Position numbers and translations under genes: made by a program | The notes under the pieces: generated by a model | What the model was told of the DNA's origin: nothing | The model's database searches: none | The model's input: only the letters and a program-made list of their open reading frames with translations | Shown: positions 25,632 to 38,930 of the stretch, in pieces | How positions within the stretch are numbered: the first letter of the stretch is position 1 | Layout: every line of letters starts with the position of its first letter | Origin: Mobula hypostoma | Taxonomy: Eukaryota | Reading direction: 5' to 3' | Assembly (NCBI RefSeq): GCF_963921235.1 | Contig: NC_086097.1 | Coordinates: 310,001 to 374,000, forward strand | DNA length: 64,000 nucleotides

Positions 25632-28600
25632 TACATAGAACAGTACAGCACAGTACAGGCCCTTCGGCCCACAATATTGTGCCGACCCTCAAACCCTGCC
25701 TCCCATGTAACCCCCCCCACTTTAAATTCCTCCATATACCTGTCTTGTAGTCTCTTAAACTTCACTAGTGTATCTGCCTCCACCACTGACTCAGGCAGTG
25801 CATTCCACGCACCAACCACTCTCTGAGTAAAAAACCTTCCTCTAATATCCTCCTTGAACTTCCCACCCCTTACCTCAAAGCCATATCCTCTTGTATTGAG
25901 CAGTGGTGCCCTGGGGAAGAGGCGCTAGCTATCCACTCTATCTATTCCTATTAATATCCTGTATACCTCTATCATGTCTCCTGTCATCCTCCTTCTCTCC
26001 AAAGAGTAAAGCCTTAGCTCCGTTGATCTCTGATCATAATCCATGCTCTCTGAACCAGGCAGCATCCTGGTAAATCTTCTCTGTACCCTTTCCAATGCTT
26101 CCACATCCTTCCTGTAGTGAGGCGACCAGAACTGGACAGAATACTCCAAGCGTGGCCCAACCAGAGTTTTATAGAGCTGCATCATTACCTCGTGACTCTT
26201 AAACTCCATCCCTCAACTTATGAAAGCTAACAACCCATAAGCTTTCTTAACTACCCTATCTACCTGTGAGGCAACTTTCAGGGATCTGTGGACATGTACC
26301 CCCAGATCCCTCTGCTCCTCCACACTACCAAGTATCCTGCCATTTACTTTGTACTTGCCTTGGAGTTTCTCCTTCCAAAGTGTACCACTTCACACTTCTC
26401 CAGGTTGAACTCCATCTGCCACTTCTCAGCCCACTTCTGCATCCTATCAATATCTCTCTGCAATCTTTGACAATCCTCTACACTATCTACAACACCACCA
26501 ACCTTTGTGTCGTCTGCAAATTTGTCAACCCACCCACTTCTACCCCCATATCCAGGTCGTTAATAAAAATCACAAAAAGCAGAGGTCCCAGAACAGATCC
26601 TTGTGGGACACCACTAGTCACAACCCTCCAATCCGAATGTACTCCCTCCACCATGACCCTCTGCCTTCTGCAGGCAAGCCAATTCTGAATCCACCTGGCC
26701 AAACTTCCCTGGATCCCATGCCTTCTGACTTTCTGAATAAGCCTACTGTGTGGAACCTTGTCAAATGCCTTACTAAAATCCATATAGATCACATCCACTG
26801 CACTACCCTCATCTACCCTCATCTATATGCCTGGTCACCTCCTCAAAGAACTCTATCAGGCTTGTTAGACACGATCTGCTCTTTCACAAAGCCATGCTGA
26901 CTGTCCCTGAGCAGCCATGATTCTCTAAATGCCCAAAGATCCTATCTCTAAGAATCTTTTCTAACAGCTTTCTCACCACAGATGTAAGGCTCACTGGTCT
27001 ATAATCACCTGGATTATCCCTACTACCTTTTTTGAACAAGGGGACAACATTCGACTCCCTCCAATCCTCCAGTACCATTCCCGTAGACATCGAGGACATA
27101 AAGATCCTAGTCAGAGGTTCAGCAATATCTTCCCTCACCTCGTGGAGCAGCCTGGGGAATTATCCGTCAGGCCCCGGAGACTTCTCCATCCTAATGTATT
27201 TTAACAACTCCAACACCTCCTCTCCCTTAATATCAACATGCTCCAGAACATCAACCTCACTCATAGTCTTCACCGTCATCAAGTTCCCTCTCATTGGTGA
27301 ATACTGAAGAGAAGTATTCATTGAGGATTTCGCTTACTTCCACAGCCTCCAGGCACATCTTCCCACCTTTATCTCTAATCAGTCCTACCTTCACTCTTGT
27401 CATCCTATTGTTCTTCACATAATTGAAGAACGTATTGGAGTTTTCCTTTCCCCTACTTGCCAAGGCCTTCTCATGCCCCCTTCTTGTTCTTCTTAGCCCC
27501 TTCTTAAGCTCCTTTCTTGCTTCCCTATATTCCTCAATAGACCTGTCTGATCCTTGCTTCCTAAACCTCATGTATGCTGCCTTCTTCCACCTGACTAGAT
27601 TTTCCACCTCACTTGTCGACCATGGTTCCTTCACCCTACCATTCTTTATCTTGCTCACCTGGACAAATTTATCCCTAACATCCTGGAAGAGATCCCTAAA
27701 CATCGATCACATGTCAAAAGTACATTTCCCTGCAAAAATATCATCCCAATGCAGACCCGCATGTTTTAGCCTGACAGCCTCATAATTTGCCCTTCCCCAA
27801 TTAAAAATTTTCTGTCTTCTCTGATTCTATCCTTTTCCATGATAATGCTAAAGGCCAGGGAGCGGTGATCGCTGTCCCCCAGATGCTCACCCACTGAGAG
27901 ATCTGTGACCTGACCCGGTTTGTTACCTAATACTAGACCTAGTATGGCATTCCCCCTAGTCGACCTGTCAACATACTGTGACAGGAATTCGTCCTGGACA
28001 CACTTAACAAACTCTGCCCCATCTAAAGCATTGGAACTAATCAGGTGCCAATCAATATTAGGGAAGTTAAAGTCATCCATGATAACAACCCTGTTATTTT
28101 TGCACCTCCCCAAAATCTACCTCCAAATCTGCTCCTTGGTATCTCTGCTGCTACCAGGGGGCCTATAGAATACCCCCAATAGAGTAACTGCTCCCTTCCT
28201 GTTCCTGACTTCTACCCATACTGACTCAAAAGAGGATCCTGCTACATTACCCACCCTTTCTGTAGCTGTAATAGTATCCCTGTGCAGTAATGCCACCCCT
28301 CCTCCCCTTTCCCCCCACCCCTCTATCCCTCTTAAAGCACTGAAATCCAGGAATATTGAGAATCCATTCCTGCCCTGGTGCCAGCCAAGTCTCTGTAATA
28401 TCACTCTCTTGAGATCCATTACCAACCTGACTTTCCCAATCAACCTGCGTGTTAAAATCTCCCATGACTATCTTTTGACTAGCCTTTTCTATTTCCTGCT
28501 GTAACCTGTGGTATGCCTCCCAGCCACTGTTGAGAGGCCTGTATATAACTACCATCAATATCCTTTTACCCTTATAGTTTCTTAACTCCTCCCACAAGGA

Positions 28601-29065
28601 TTCAACATCTTCTGATCCTATGTCACATCTTTCTACTGATTTGATGCCATTCTTTAACAGTAGAGCCACACCACCCCTTCTGCCTACCGTCCTATCCCTC
28701 CAATATAACATATAAACTTGGACATACAGCTCCCAACTACAACCACCCTTCAGCCACGATTCAGTGATGGCCACAGCATTATACCTGGCAATCTGTAATA
28801 TTGCAACAAGATCAGCCAGCTGATTTCTTACACTACACGCATTTAGATACAGCACCTTCAGTTCCATATTTGCTATCCTTTCTGACTCTGCATCCCTAAT
28901 GATTTGATACTCAGCCTATTGGCTGCAACTAGGTCCCATCACCTGCCTGCCCTTCCTGACAATCTGCCTGCACGCTATCTTTACTTCTTTTTAACTATCC
29001 GTCCTTTCCTGAGTCCCTTCACTCTGGTTCCCAGTCCCCTGCCGAGTTAGTTTAAACCCTCCCCA
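25632..29065 (-). mobile_element. CR1 subfamily C ORF2 (25632-~28400) joined to the APE 5' part of an A-like subfamily (~28400-29065)
   Basis: 25632-28400 closely matches 33953-36720; abrupt switch of sequence type near 28400. Confidence 0.85.
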
Positions 29066-29066
29066 A

Positions 29067-29345
29067 TACAAGAAAATCTGCAGATGCTGGAGATCGAAAG
29101 CAATGCACACAAAATGTTGGAGGAACTCAGCAGGCCGGGTAGCATCTATGGAAAAGAGCAAACATTTCTGAACCAAAGAATCATCTCAGCCAGAATCTGT
29201 GTTGCCTTAAAGATATGTGCTCATTTTGAACACAAAAAAAAAGATTCTGCAGATGCTGGAAATTCAGAGCAGCACCCAAAACTCTGGAGGAACTCAGCTG
29301 GTCAGGCCGCATCCAAGGAGGGAATGTTGTGTGGGCATTTCATTG
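29067..29345 (-). mobile_element. Two Penelope pseudo-LTR-like terminal fragments
   Basis: ctgcagatgctgga..ggaggaactcagc..gcatc motif shared with the PLE termini; similar pieces at 17775-17900 and 63705-63990. Confidence 0.6.
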
Positions 29346-29714
29346 GTGATTACGGGAAATAGCGTGCAGGATGTGCAGAGGTGGGTAAGGGTTTGATTGT
29401 GGGGAATGGCATGCAGGGTGTGGCCAAGTGCGTGAGGGGTTGATAGTGGGGAGTGGTGTGCAGGATGTGGGGGAGTGGGTGAGGGTCTTCAATATCTGCA
29501 CTGAAGATTGTGATTTACCCACTTTCTGTGAGTAATCAAAATCAGAAATATCTAACTCACTTGATAAGTGTTCAAATATCCATCATTAAAGACATGTATG
29601 TGGATTTTCACTGTCTAAAAGCTCACACATGTTCAATATTTTGGAAGGAATATTGTTTGAAAAGGTTACAAAGCACAGCTGGATACGTTTGGCTGACTGT
29701 ATGTTTTATTCCAG

Positions 29715-29821
29715 GTTGAGTTTGGAAAACACTTGCTAGCTCGAGTATTGTGCCTTATTCTCCTGCCTCTGGTTTTCTACACAACCTTTTTTGCAATTCA
29801 TTTTACAGTTTTGAATAAAAG
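29715..29821 (+). CDS. POMT2: POMT2 internal exon (equivalent to exon 7): [35 protein letters not shown](S)
   Basis: ttattccAG|GTT acceptor and AAAAG|GTGAGT donor; 107 bp; phase 0 to phase 2; not in the ORF track, read by eye. Confidence 0.92.
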
Positions 29822-30134
29822 GTGAGTTATGATCAACTTTGATCAAACCTATGATCACACTTAAACTTATTGCCAGTTACATAGTAACATAGAAAACCGA
29901 CAGCACAATACAGGCTCTTCGGGCCACAAAGTTGTGCCGAACATATCCCGACCTTAGAAATTACTCGGCTTACCCATAGCCCTCTATTTTTCTAAGCTCC
30001 ATGTACCTATCCAAAAGTCTCTTAAAAGACCTTATTGTATCCACCTCCACCACCGTTGCCGGCAGCCCATTTCACGCACTCACCCCTCTCTGCGTAAAAA
30101 AAAATTACCCCTGACATCTCCTCTGTACCTACTG

Positions 30135-32352
30135 CAAATAGTATTCATTGATTGCAGGTCAAAATCAACAGATAAATATATAGGTGCATGGTCACTTACA
30201 TCTATTGTCCCAATTCCACAGGTGTTTATTTTGTCTTTGTTTATTCCAACTGTTATGAAATAGTCTATTCTTGTAAATACAGAATGGGGGGCAGAATAAT
30301 GAGTGTAACCGCTTCTGTCTGGGAAAAGGTCCCTCCATATATCAATTAAACCAACATCCTCAAAAAGTGTATTCACTCTCTTATGTAAGGATTTTGTTTC
30401 ATAAGTTTTTATATTGGAGGAGTCTAACTTTGGTTGTAATTGTAAATTTAAATCTCCCCCACATATCAAGAGACCTTCTGTTTCCATTACCATAATATTA
30501 GAAATTTTCTGAAAGAAATCAATATCACTTTCTGGGGGTGCGTATATATTCAATAGAGTAACTGAATTTCCATCCATATTTCCCCTTACCAAAATATATC
30601 TGCCCTCCTTATCTTCCATTTCGCATACTTTTTCACAATTTAGCTGGCTTGAGATGAGAATAGCAACTCCTCTTCTATGTCCTGATTTATATGAGGAGAA
30701 AAACAAATTAGTGAAGCCCATTCTCTTTAATTTTCCATGCTCGTTATCACTTGTGAGTTTCCTGTAAATATACTACGTGGGCTTGTTCTTTTTTCATTTT
30801 GGATAGAATTTTACTGCATTTGATTGAATTTAACAGCCCATTGACATTAAAAGAAATGAACTTTACTTTGTCCTTAGCCATGTGTATTTATCTGTCAATA
30901 TATCATTGAAATTAGCAGAATAAAACTTAATCGATCTACTCCCTGAACAAATAAGAGCCAAGAAACGCAAATAATTTAAAAAAAAAGGCAACGAAGGTGT
31001 GATTCCAAGGCTGAGGTCTCTAGTAGATGACCCTGGGTTGAGCTAGAGGAAATGTCTAGCCGTGGAGGATAGCCCCTCCTTCCTGTGAGTTGGAGGCCCC
31101 CATTACAGTACCCATAAAAGTAAGTGAAGAAGACTATATCCATTACACAGAAAAGATTTTCCTGTGTATTCCTCCCATATATATATATATATATAGATAT
31201 ATTCTCATTTAGGTGGGGAAAAGGAGTGAATGAATGAATAAAAAAAATTGAGTTAATATAAAGTCCACATTATAATAAGTATTTCTTGAAATAGGTATAG
31301 CACCATCTATTTTTGCTTCCATTTATCCTATCAATACTTTTAAAGTTAGCCAAACTTTATGGCTCTTCTGGAGGGGGTGAGGGCTGTCTTCGGAAAACTC
31401 ACAGTCTCTTCCTGATATTCTCTCACCCTCCTCCCATCCCCTGCTTTCTCGGTTCTCTTACCATTTCCCAAGCGGATTGGGATAACTGCTCAGCCAGGCT
31501 TTCCCTTGGTTTGATCACGCTGACGGACAGCCCTCTCTCTGTTCCTCATGTCTGTAGTCGCCTGTTCCACTATCTGATACAGTTGCATACCATCTTCATA
31601 AAACACCCGCAGTTTAGCAGGGTACGGAGTTTGGAATCTAATCTTTCCTTGCTTTAATATTCATTTTACTGCAGAGTATTCTTTACGTTTCTGCAGGACC
31701 ACTGGGGGGGTAACCTTGATCGAAATATATTAATTTCCCTTCCAAAAACACCCTCTTCTTACCCAGGCCCTTCGTAGAATCTCTGCCTTGGTATTGTATC
31801 GAAGGAATCTAATTACTATTGAGCGTGACTTATCTTCTCTGTCTCCAGTAAGCCTCGTGACGAGCGCACGATGCACACTCTCAATTTCAAGCTCCAGAGT
31901 GGAGGGAATCTCTAGTGCGTCCTGCAGCAACTTTCCTACAAACTCCGTCATAGACAAATCCTCCACTCCTTCGGAACATTGTATATCCTGATATTTTTCT
32001 GTCGTGATCTTCCCTCCTGGTCAATCAGTTTACTTTCTTGTTGATTTAATATTTTTATTGTCTTACTTAGTATCCGTTCCACATTTTGCATGCGATCTTC
32101 CACGAGGCCCATCATCAGCCTTGCTAGCACGCATTTGGGTAGGAGATCCGCGTGTTGCACCTCTCTCGTCCATAGGCTCCGCAGTGAGGCTTTTTTTTTA
32201 TCTCCATTCTTTTTCTTCATTCTTGCCCCCCTTATCAGTTCAGATATTTTTGGATGATCTTATATTTGATGGATTAACGGGGCAATGTGTGCGTTTTTCC
32301 AGAGGAGCTATTGATTTAAGCTGCCATTCTGGATGATGACGTCACCGGAACC
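30135..32352 (-). mobile_element. L1-clade LINE 5' half: 5' UTR, ORF1 remnants and ORF2 endonuclease; cut off at its 3' side next to a CR1 tail (29880-30133)
   Basis: ORF1 EGRSRQKNIRI and EIESVHRAL..SRSIVIRF; APE RGVAILI, EGRYILV, NIYAP, GGDLN, RIDYF, SDHAP. Confidence 0.85.
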
Positions 32353-32354
32353 AG

Positions 32355-35300
32355 GGAAAGTTTTCTAAATCAATATATAGAGGTACCTACGAGAGAGGAC
32401 GCAGTACTTGATCTTCTATTAGGGAACCAGACAAGCCAGGTGACAGAAGTATGTGCAGGTGAACATTATGGGTCCAGTGACCATAATGTCATTTGTTTCA
32501 AGTTAAGTATGGATAAGGATAGGTCTGGTCCTCGAGTTGAGGTTCTAAATTGGAGAAGGGCCAATTTTGTGGAAATGAGTAAGCATCTAGGAAGAGTGGA
32601 TTGGATAAGTTGTTTTCTGGCAAGGATGTTTTCAGTAAGTGGGAGGCCTTCAAAGGCGTAATTTTGAGAGTGCAGAGTTTGCATGTTCCTGCCAGGATTA
32701 AAGACAAAGTTAATAGGCATAGAGAACATTGGTTTTCAAGGGATATTGGTGATCTGGTTAAGAAAAAAAGAGAGGTGTATAGCAGGTATAGGCAACAAGG
32801 AACAAATGAGGTACTTGAAGAGTATAGAAAATACTAAAGAAGGAAATCAGGAAGGCAAAAAGAAGACATGAGGTTGCTTTGGCAGATAATGTGAAGGTAA
32901 ACCCGAAGGGGTTCTACAACTATATTAAGAATAAAAGGGACAAAATTGGTTCCCTAGAAGATAAGAGTGGTCGTCTATGTGTGGAGCTACATGAGATGGG
33001 GGAGATCTTAAACAGTTTTTTTGCATCAGTATTTATTCAGGAAACTGGCAAAGCGTATATGGAAGGAAGGGAAACAAGCAGCAGTGTCATGGAAAATATA
33101 GAGATTAAAGAAGAGGAGGTACTTGTTGCCTTACAGCGAATAAAGGTAGATAAATCCCCCGGGCCTGACATGATATTTCCTTGGACCTTGAGAGAGATTA
33201 GTGTAGAAATTGCAGAGGCCCTGGCAGAAATATTTAAAATGTCCTGAGCCACGGGTGCGGTGCCGGAGGATTGGAGGGTAGCTCATGTTATTCCGTTGTT
33301 TAAAAAAGGCTCCAAAAGTAAACCAAGCAATTACAGGCCGGTGAGCTTGACATCAGTAGTCGGTAAATTATTGGAAGGTGTTCTGAGAGATTAGATATAC
33401 AACTATTTGGACAGCCAAGGGCTGATTAAGGATAGTCACCATGGCTTTGTGTGTGGTAGATCGTGTTTAACGAATCTTGTAGAGTTTTTCGAGGAGGTTA
33501 CCAAGAAAGTAGATGAAGGAAAGGCTGTGGATGTTGTCTACATGGACTTTAGTAAGGCCTTTGACAAGGTGCCATATGGGAGGTTAGTTCAGAAGGTTTA
33601 GACACTAGGTATCCATGGAGAGGTTGTGAACTGGATTAGATATTGGCTGTGTGGGAGAAGAGTGGTAGTGGATGATTGTTTCTCAGACTGGAGGCCTGTG
33701 ACTAGCGGTGTGCCTCAGGGATCTGTGCTGGGACTATTGTTGTTTGTTGTCTATATAAATGATGCAGATGATAATGTGGTAAATTGGATCAGCAAGTTTG
33801 CTGATGACACTAAGATTGGAGGTGTTGTGGACAGCGAGGAAGGCTTTCAAAGCTTGCAGAGTGATCTGGACCAACTGGAAAAATGGGCCAGAAAATGGCA
33901 GATGGAATTTAATGCAGACAAGTGTGAGGTGTTGCATTTTGCAAGGACAAATAGAACATAGAACATAGAACATAGAATAGTACAGCACAGTACAGGCCCT
34001 TCGGCCCACAATGTTGTACCAACCCTTTAACCCTGCCTCCCATGTAACCCCCCCACTTTAAATTCCTCCATATACCTGTCTTGTAGTCTCTTAAACTTCA
34101 CTAGTGTATCTGCCTCCACCACCGACTCAGACAGTGCATTCCACGCACCAACGACTCTCTGAGTAAAAAGCCTTCCTCTAATATCCCCCTTGAACTCCCC
34201 ACCCCTTCCCTTAAAGCCATGTCCTCTTGTACTGAGCAGTGCTGCCCTGGGGAAGAGGCGCTGGCTGTCCACTCTATCTATTCCTCTTAATATCTTGTAT
34301 ACCTTTATCATGTCTCCTCTCATCCTCCTCCTCTCCAAAGAGTAAAACCCTAGCTCCCTTAATCTCTGATCATAATGCATACTCTCTAAACCAGGCAGCA
34401 TCCTGGTGAATCTCCTCTGTACCCTTTCCAATGCTCCTACATCCTTCCGATAGTGAGGTGACCAAAACGGGACACAGTACTCCAAGTGTGGCCTAACCAG
34501 AGTTTTATAGAGCTGCATCATTACCTTGTGATTCTTAAACTCTATCCCCCAACTTATGAAAGCTAACAACCCATAAGCTTTCTTAACTACCCTATCTACC
34601 TGTGAGGCAATTTTCAAGGATCTATGGACATGTACCCCCAGATCCCTCTGCTCCTCCACACTACCAAGTATCCTGCCATTTACTTTGTACTTGCCTTGGA
34701 GTTTCTCCTTCCAAAGTGTACCACCTCACACTTCTCCGGGTTGAACTCCGTCTGCCACTTCTCAGCCCACTTCTGCATCCTATCAATATCTCTCTGCAAT
34801 CTTTGACAATCCTCTACACTATCTACAACACCACCAACCTTTGTGTCGTCTGCAAATTTGTCAACCCACCCTTCTACCCCCATATCCAGGTCGTCAATAA
34901 AAATCACAAAAAGTAGAGGTCCCAGAACAGATCCTTGTGGGACACCACTAGTCACAACCCTCCAATCCGAATGTACTCCCTCCACCATGACCCTCTGCCT
35001 TCTGCAGGCAAGCCAATTCTGAATCCACCTGGCCAAACTTCCCTGGATCCCATGCCTTCTGACTTTCTGAATAAGCCTACTGTGTGGAACCTTGTCAAAT
35101 GCCTTACTAAAATCCATATAGATCACATCCACTGCACTGCCCTCATCTATATGCCTGGTCACATCCTCAAAGAACTCTGTCAGGCTTGTTAGATGTGATC
35201 TGCCCTTCACAAAGCCATGCTGACTGTCCCTGATCAGACCATGATTCTCTAAATGCCCATAGATCCCATCTCTAAGAATGTTTTCCAACAGCTTTCCCAC

Positions 35301-38300
35301 CACAGACGTAAGGCTCAGTGGTCTATAATTACCTGGACTATCCCTACTACCTTTTTTGAACAAGGGGACAACATTCGTCTCCCTCCAATCCTCCGGTACC
35401 ATTCCCATGGACAACGAGGACATAAAGATCCTAGCCAGAGGCTCAGCAATCTCTTCCCTCGCCTCGTGGAGCAGCCTGGGGAATATTCCGTCAAGCCCCG
35501 GGGGCTTATCCTTCCTAATGTATTTTAACAACTCCAACACCTCCTCTCCCTTAATATCAACATGCTCCAGAACATCAACCTCACTCATATTGTACTCACC
35601 GTCATCAAGTTCCCTCTCAATGGTAAATACCGAAGAGAAGTATTCTTGAGGACCTCGCTCACTTGCACAGCCTCCAGGCACATCTTCCCACCTTTATCTT
35701 TAATCAGTCTTACCTTCACTCCTGTCATCCTTTTGTTCTTCACATAATTGAAGAATGCCTTGGGGATTTCCTTTACCCTGCTCGCCAAGGCTTTCTCATT
35801 CCCCCTTCTTGCTCTCCTCAGACCCTTCTTAAGCTCCTTTCTTGCTACCCTATATTCCTCAATAGACCCATCTGATCCTTGCTTCCTAAACCTCATGTAT
35901 GCTGCCTTCTTCCACCTGACTAGACTTTCCACCTCGCTTGTCACCCATGGTTCCTTTACCCTACCATTCTTTATCTTCCTCACTGGAACAAATTTATCCC
36001 TAGCATCCTGCAAGACATCCCTAAACATCGACCACATGTCCATAGTACATTTCCCTGGAAAAACATCATCCCAATTCACACCCGCAAGTTCTAGCCTTTT
36101 AACCTCATAATTTGCCCTTCTCCAAGTAAAAATTTCCCTGTCCTCTCTAATTCTATCCTTTTCCATGATAGTGTTAAATGCCAGGGAGCCGTGGTCACTG
36201 TCTCCCAGATGTTCACCCACTCAGAGATCTGTGACCTGACCCAGTTCGTTACCCAATACTAGATCTATTATGGCATTCCCCCTAGTTGGCCTGTCAACAT
36301 ACTGTGACAGGAATCCGTCCTGGACACACTTAACAAATGCTGCCCAGTCTAAAGCATTAGAACTAATCAGATGCCAATCAATATAAGGGAAGTTAAAGTC
36401 ACCCATGATAACAACACTGTTATTTTTGCACCTTTCCAAAATCTGCCTCCCAATCTGCTCCTCGGTATCTCTGCTGCTACCAGGGGGCCTATAGAATACC
36501 CCCAATAGAGTAACTGCTCCCTCCTTGTTCCTGACTTCCACCCATACTGACTCAAAAGAGGATCCTGCAACATTACCCACCCTTTCTGTAGCTGTAATAG
36601 TATCCCTTGCCAGTAATACCACCCCTCCTCCCCTTTCCCCCCTCTCTATCCCTTTTAAAGCTCGAAAATCCAGGAATATTGAGAATCCATTTCTGCCCTG
36701 GTGACAGCCAAGCCTTTGTAATGGCCACTGCATGATAGTTCCATGTATGTATCCAAGCTCTCAGTTCACCACCTTTGTTCCTGATGCTTCTTGCATTGAA
36801 GTGCACGCACTTTAGCCCTTCTACCTTACTACCTTTTAACGCTTTATTCTGCTTCTCTTTCCTCAAAGCCTCTTTCTCTGTTAGATCTGGCTTTAATCCA
36901 TGCACTATACTTGCAGTTCTCGCATGACCTTTATCCTCCTCCACCTCACTCTCTGCTCTAACACTGGTTCCCCTTCCCCTGCAAATCCAGTTTAAACCCC
37001 CCGGAGCAGCACTAACAAACCTTCCCGCAAGGATGTTAGTCCCCCTCCTGTTCAATGCAACCCGTCCCGTTGGAACAGGTCCCACCTTCCCTGGAACAAG
37101 GCCCAATTGTCCAGAAACATGAAGCCCTCCTTCATGTACCAACTCCTTAGCCACGTATTTAGCTGTATTATCTTCTTATTTCTAGCCTCACTAGCACATG
37201 GCATGGGTAGCAATCCTGAGATTACAACCCTGGAGGTCCTGTCCTTCAACTTTGCACCTAACTCCCTAAACTCTCTTTGTAGGACCTCCTCCTCAGTCCT
37301 ATCCATGTCATTGGTCCCTACATGGACCAAAACATCTGGCTGCTTACCCTCCTACATGAGAATACTGAGAACTCGATACGAGATATCGCGGACCCTGGCA
37401 CCAGGGAGGCAACAGACCATCTGCAATTCTTGATCGCTCCCATAGAACCTCTTATTTGTCCCCCTAACTATTAAATCCCCTATCACTACTGCTGTCCTCT
37501 TTTCCCTCCTTCCTTGCTGAGCTGAGGGTCCCGTCTCGGTGCCAGAGACGTGACCACTACAACTTGTCCCTGGTAGGTTATCCCCACCAACAGTATCCAA
37601 AACAGTATTCTTATTAATGATAGGAACGACCACAAGGGTGCTCTGCTCTTTCTGTCTATTCCACTTCCCTCTTCTGATAGTCACCCAGCTACCTGCCTCC
37701 TGACTTTTAGGGGTGACTGTCTCCCTGAAACTCCTGTCTATTTCTATTTCTGCTTCTGCCTCATGAATGATCTGAAGTTCATCCAGCTCCAGCTCCAGTT
37801 CCCTAACTCAGTTTGTCAGGAGCTGCAGCTGGATGCACCTTTTACAGGTGTAGTCATCAGAGACAATTGTACTCGCCCTGACTTCCCACATCCTGCAATC
37901 TGAGCACTCGACTGCCCTAACTGCTGCCTCCATTACCTACTCCTAAGTTAATTAGATTAATTAAAGGAACTTACCTGGCCTTACCTCACTGGGAGTAAGC
38001 TCATCCTTAACCCCTGCTCGCTGAAGCCTCTCGAGCCAAAGCCTTCCCACTCTGTCTCCCACTACTCAGTTGCACGCTCTGTTAATCTACTCGCTTTTTA
38101 AGCTCTCCTGCTGTCTCGCAGGCCGACCTTCACGCGCTTGTGCAGTTGTGCCCCGTTCAAACTGCTGAAGAAATCAAGGTAGGACATACACAGTAAATGT
38201 TAGGGTACTGAGGTGTGCGGAGTAATAAGGAGATCTGGGAGTTCAGATACATAATTCCCTGAAAGTGGCGTCACAGGTAGACAGGATTGTAAAGAAGGCT

Positions 38301-38930
38301 TTTGGCATCCTTGCGCTCATAAATCAATTTATTGAGTATAGGAGGTGGGATGTTATGGTGAGGTTGTATAAGACATTGGTGAGGCCAAATTTGGAGTATT
38401 GTATGCAGTCCTGGTCACCTAACTATAGGAAGGATATCAGTAAGATTGAAAGAGTGCAGAGAAGATTTACTAGGATGTTGTCGGGTCTTCAGGAGTTGAG
38501 TTACAGGGAAAGATTGAACAGGTTCGGACTTTATTCCTTGGAGTGTAGATGAATGAGGGGGGATTTGATAGCGGTTTACAAAATCATGAGGGGTATAGAC
38601 AGAGTAAATGCGAGTAGGCTCTTTCCACTTAGACTAGGAGAGATAATTACGAGAGGACATGGGTTTAGGGTGAAAGGGGAAAGGTTTAGGGGGAACTTCT
38701 TCACTCAGAGAGTGGTGGGAGTGTAGAATGAGCTGCCATCTGATGTGGTAAATGCAGGCTCACTCTTAAGTTTTAAGAATAAATTGGATAGATACATGGA
38801 TGGGAGAGGTCTGGAGGGTTATGGGCTGGGTGCAGGTCAATGGGACTAGTGGAATAAAGTTTCGACACAGACTAAAAGGGCTGAGTGGCCTGTTTTTCTG
38901 TGCTGTAGTGTTCTATGGTTCTATGGTTCT
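32355..38930 (+). mobile_element. CR1 subfamily E ORF2 (32355-33952 plus 38171-38930), interrupted by a full-length antisense CR1
   Basis: RT ORFs; sequence resumes at aaatcaaggtagg after the insert; TTCTATGG tail near 38925. Confidence 0.85.
33953..38170 (-). mobile_element. Full-length CR1 subfamily C (~4.2 kb) with 4-bp TSD AAAT
   Basis: (TTCTATG)n tail at 33953-33978; RT at 34027-35681; APE; esterase ORF1 at 37000-37930; 5' UTR to 38170; AAAT at 33949-52 and 38171-74. Confidence 0.9.

Noticed and set aside
25603..25640. Short tandem repeats (TTCTATGG, ATGACT, GATTCT, TTAGA) as CRISPR or satellite arrays
   Set aside because: They have no spacers and each is the 3' tail of a retroelement.
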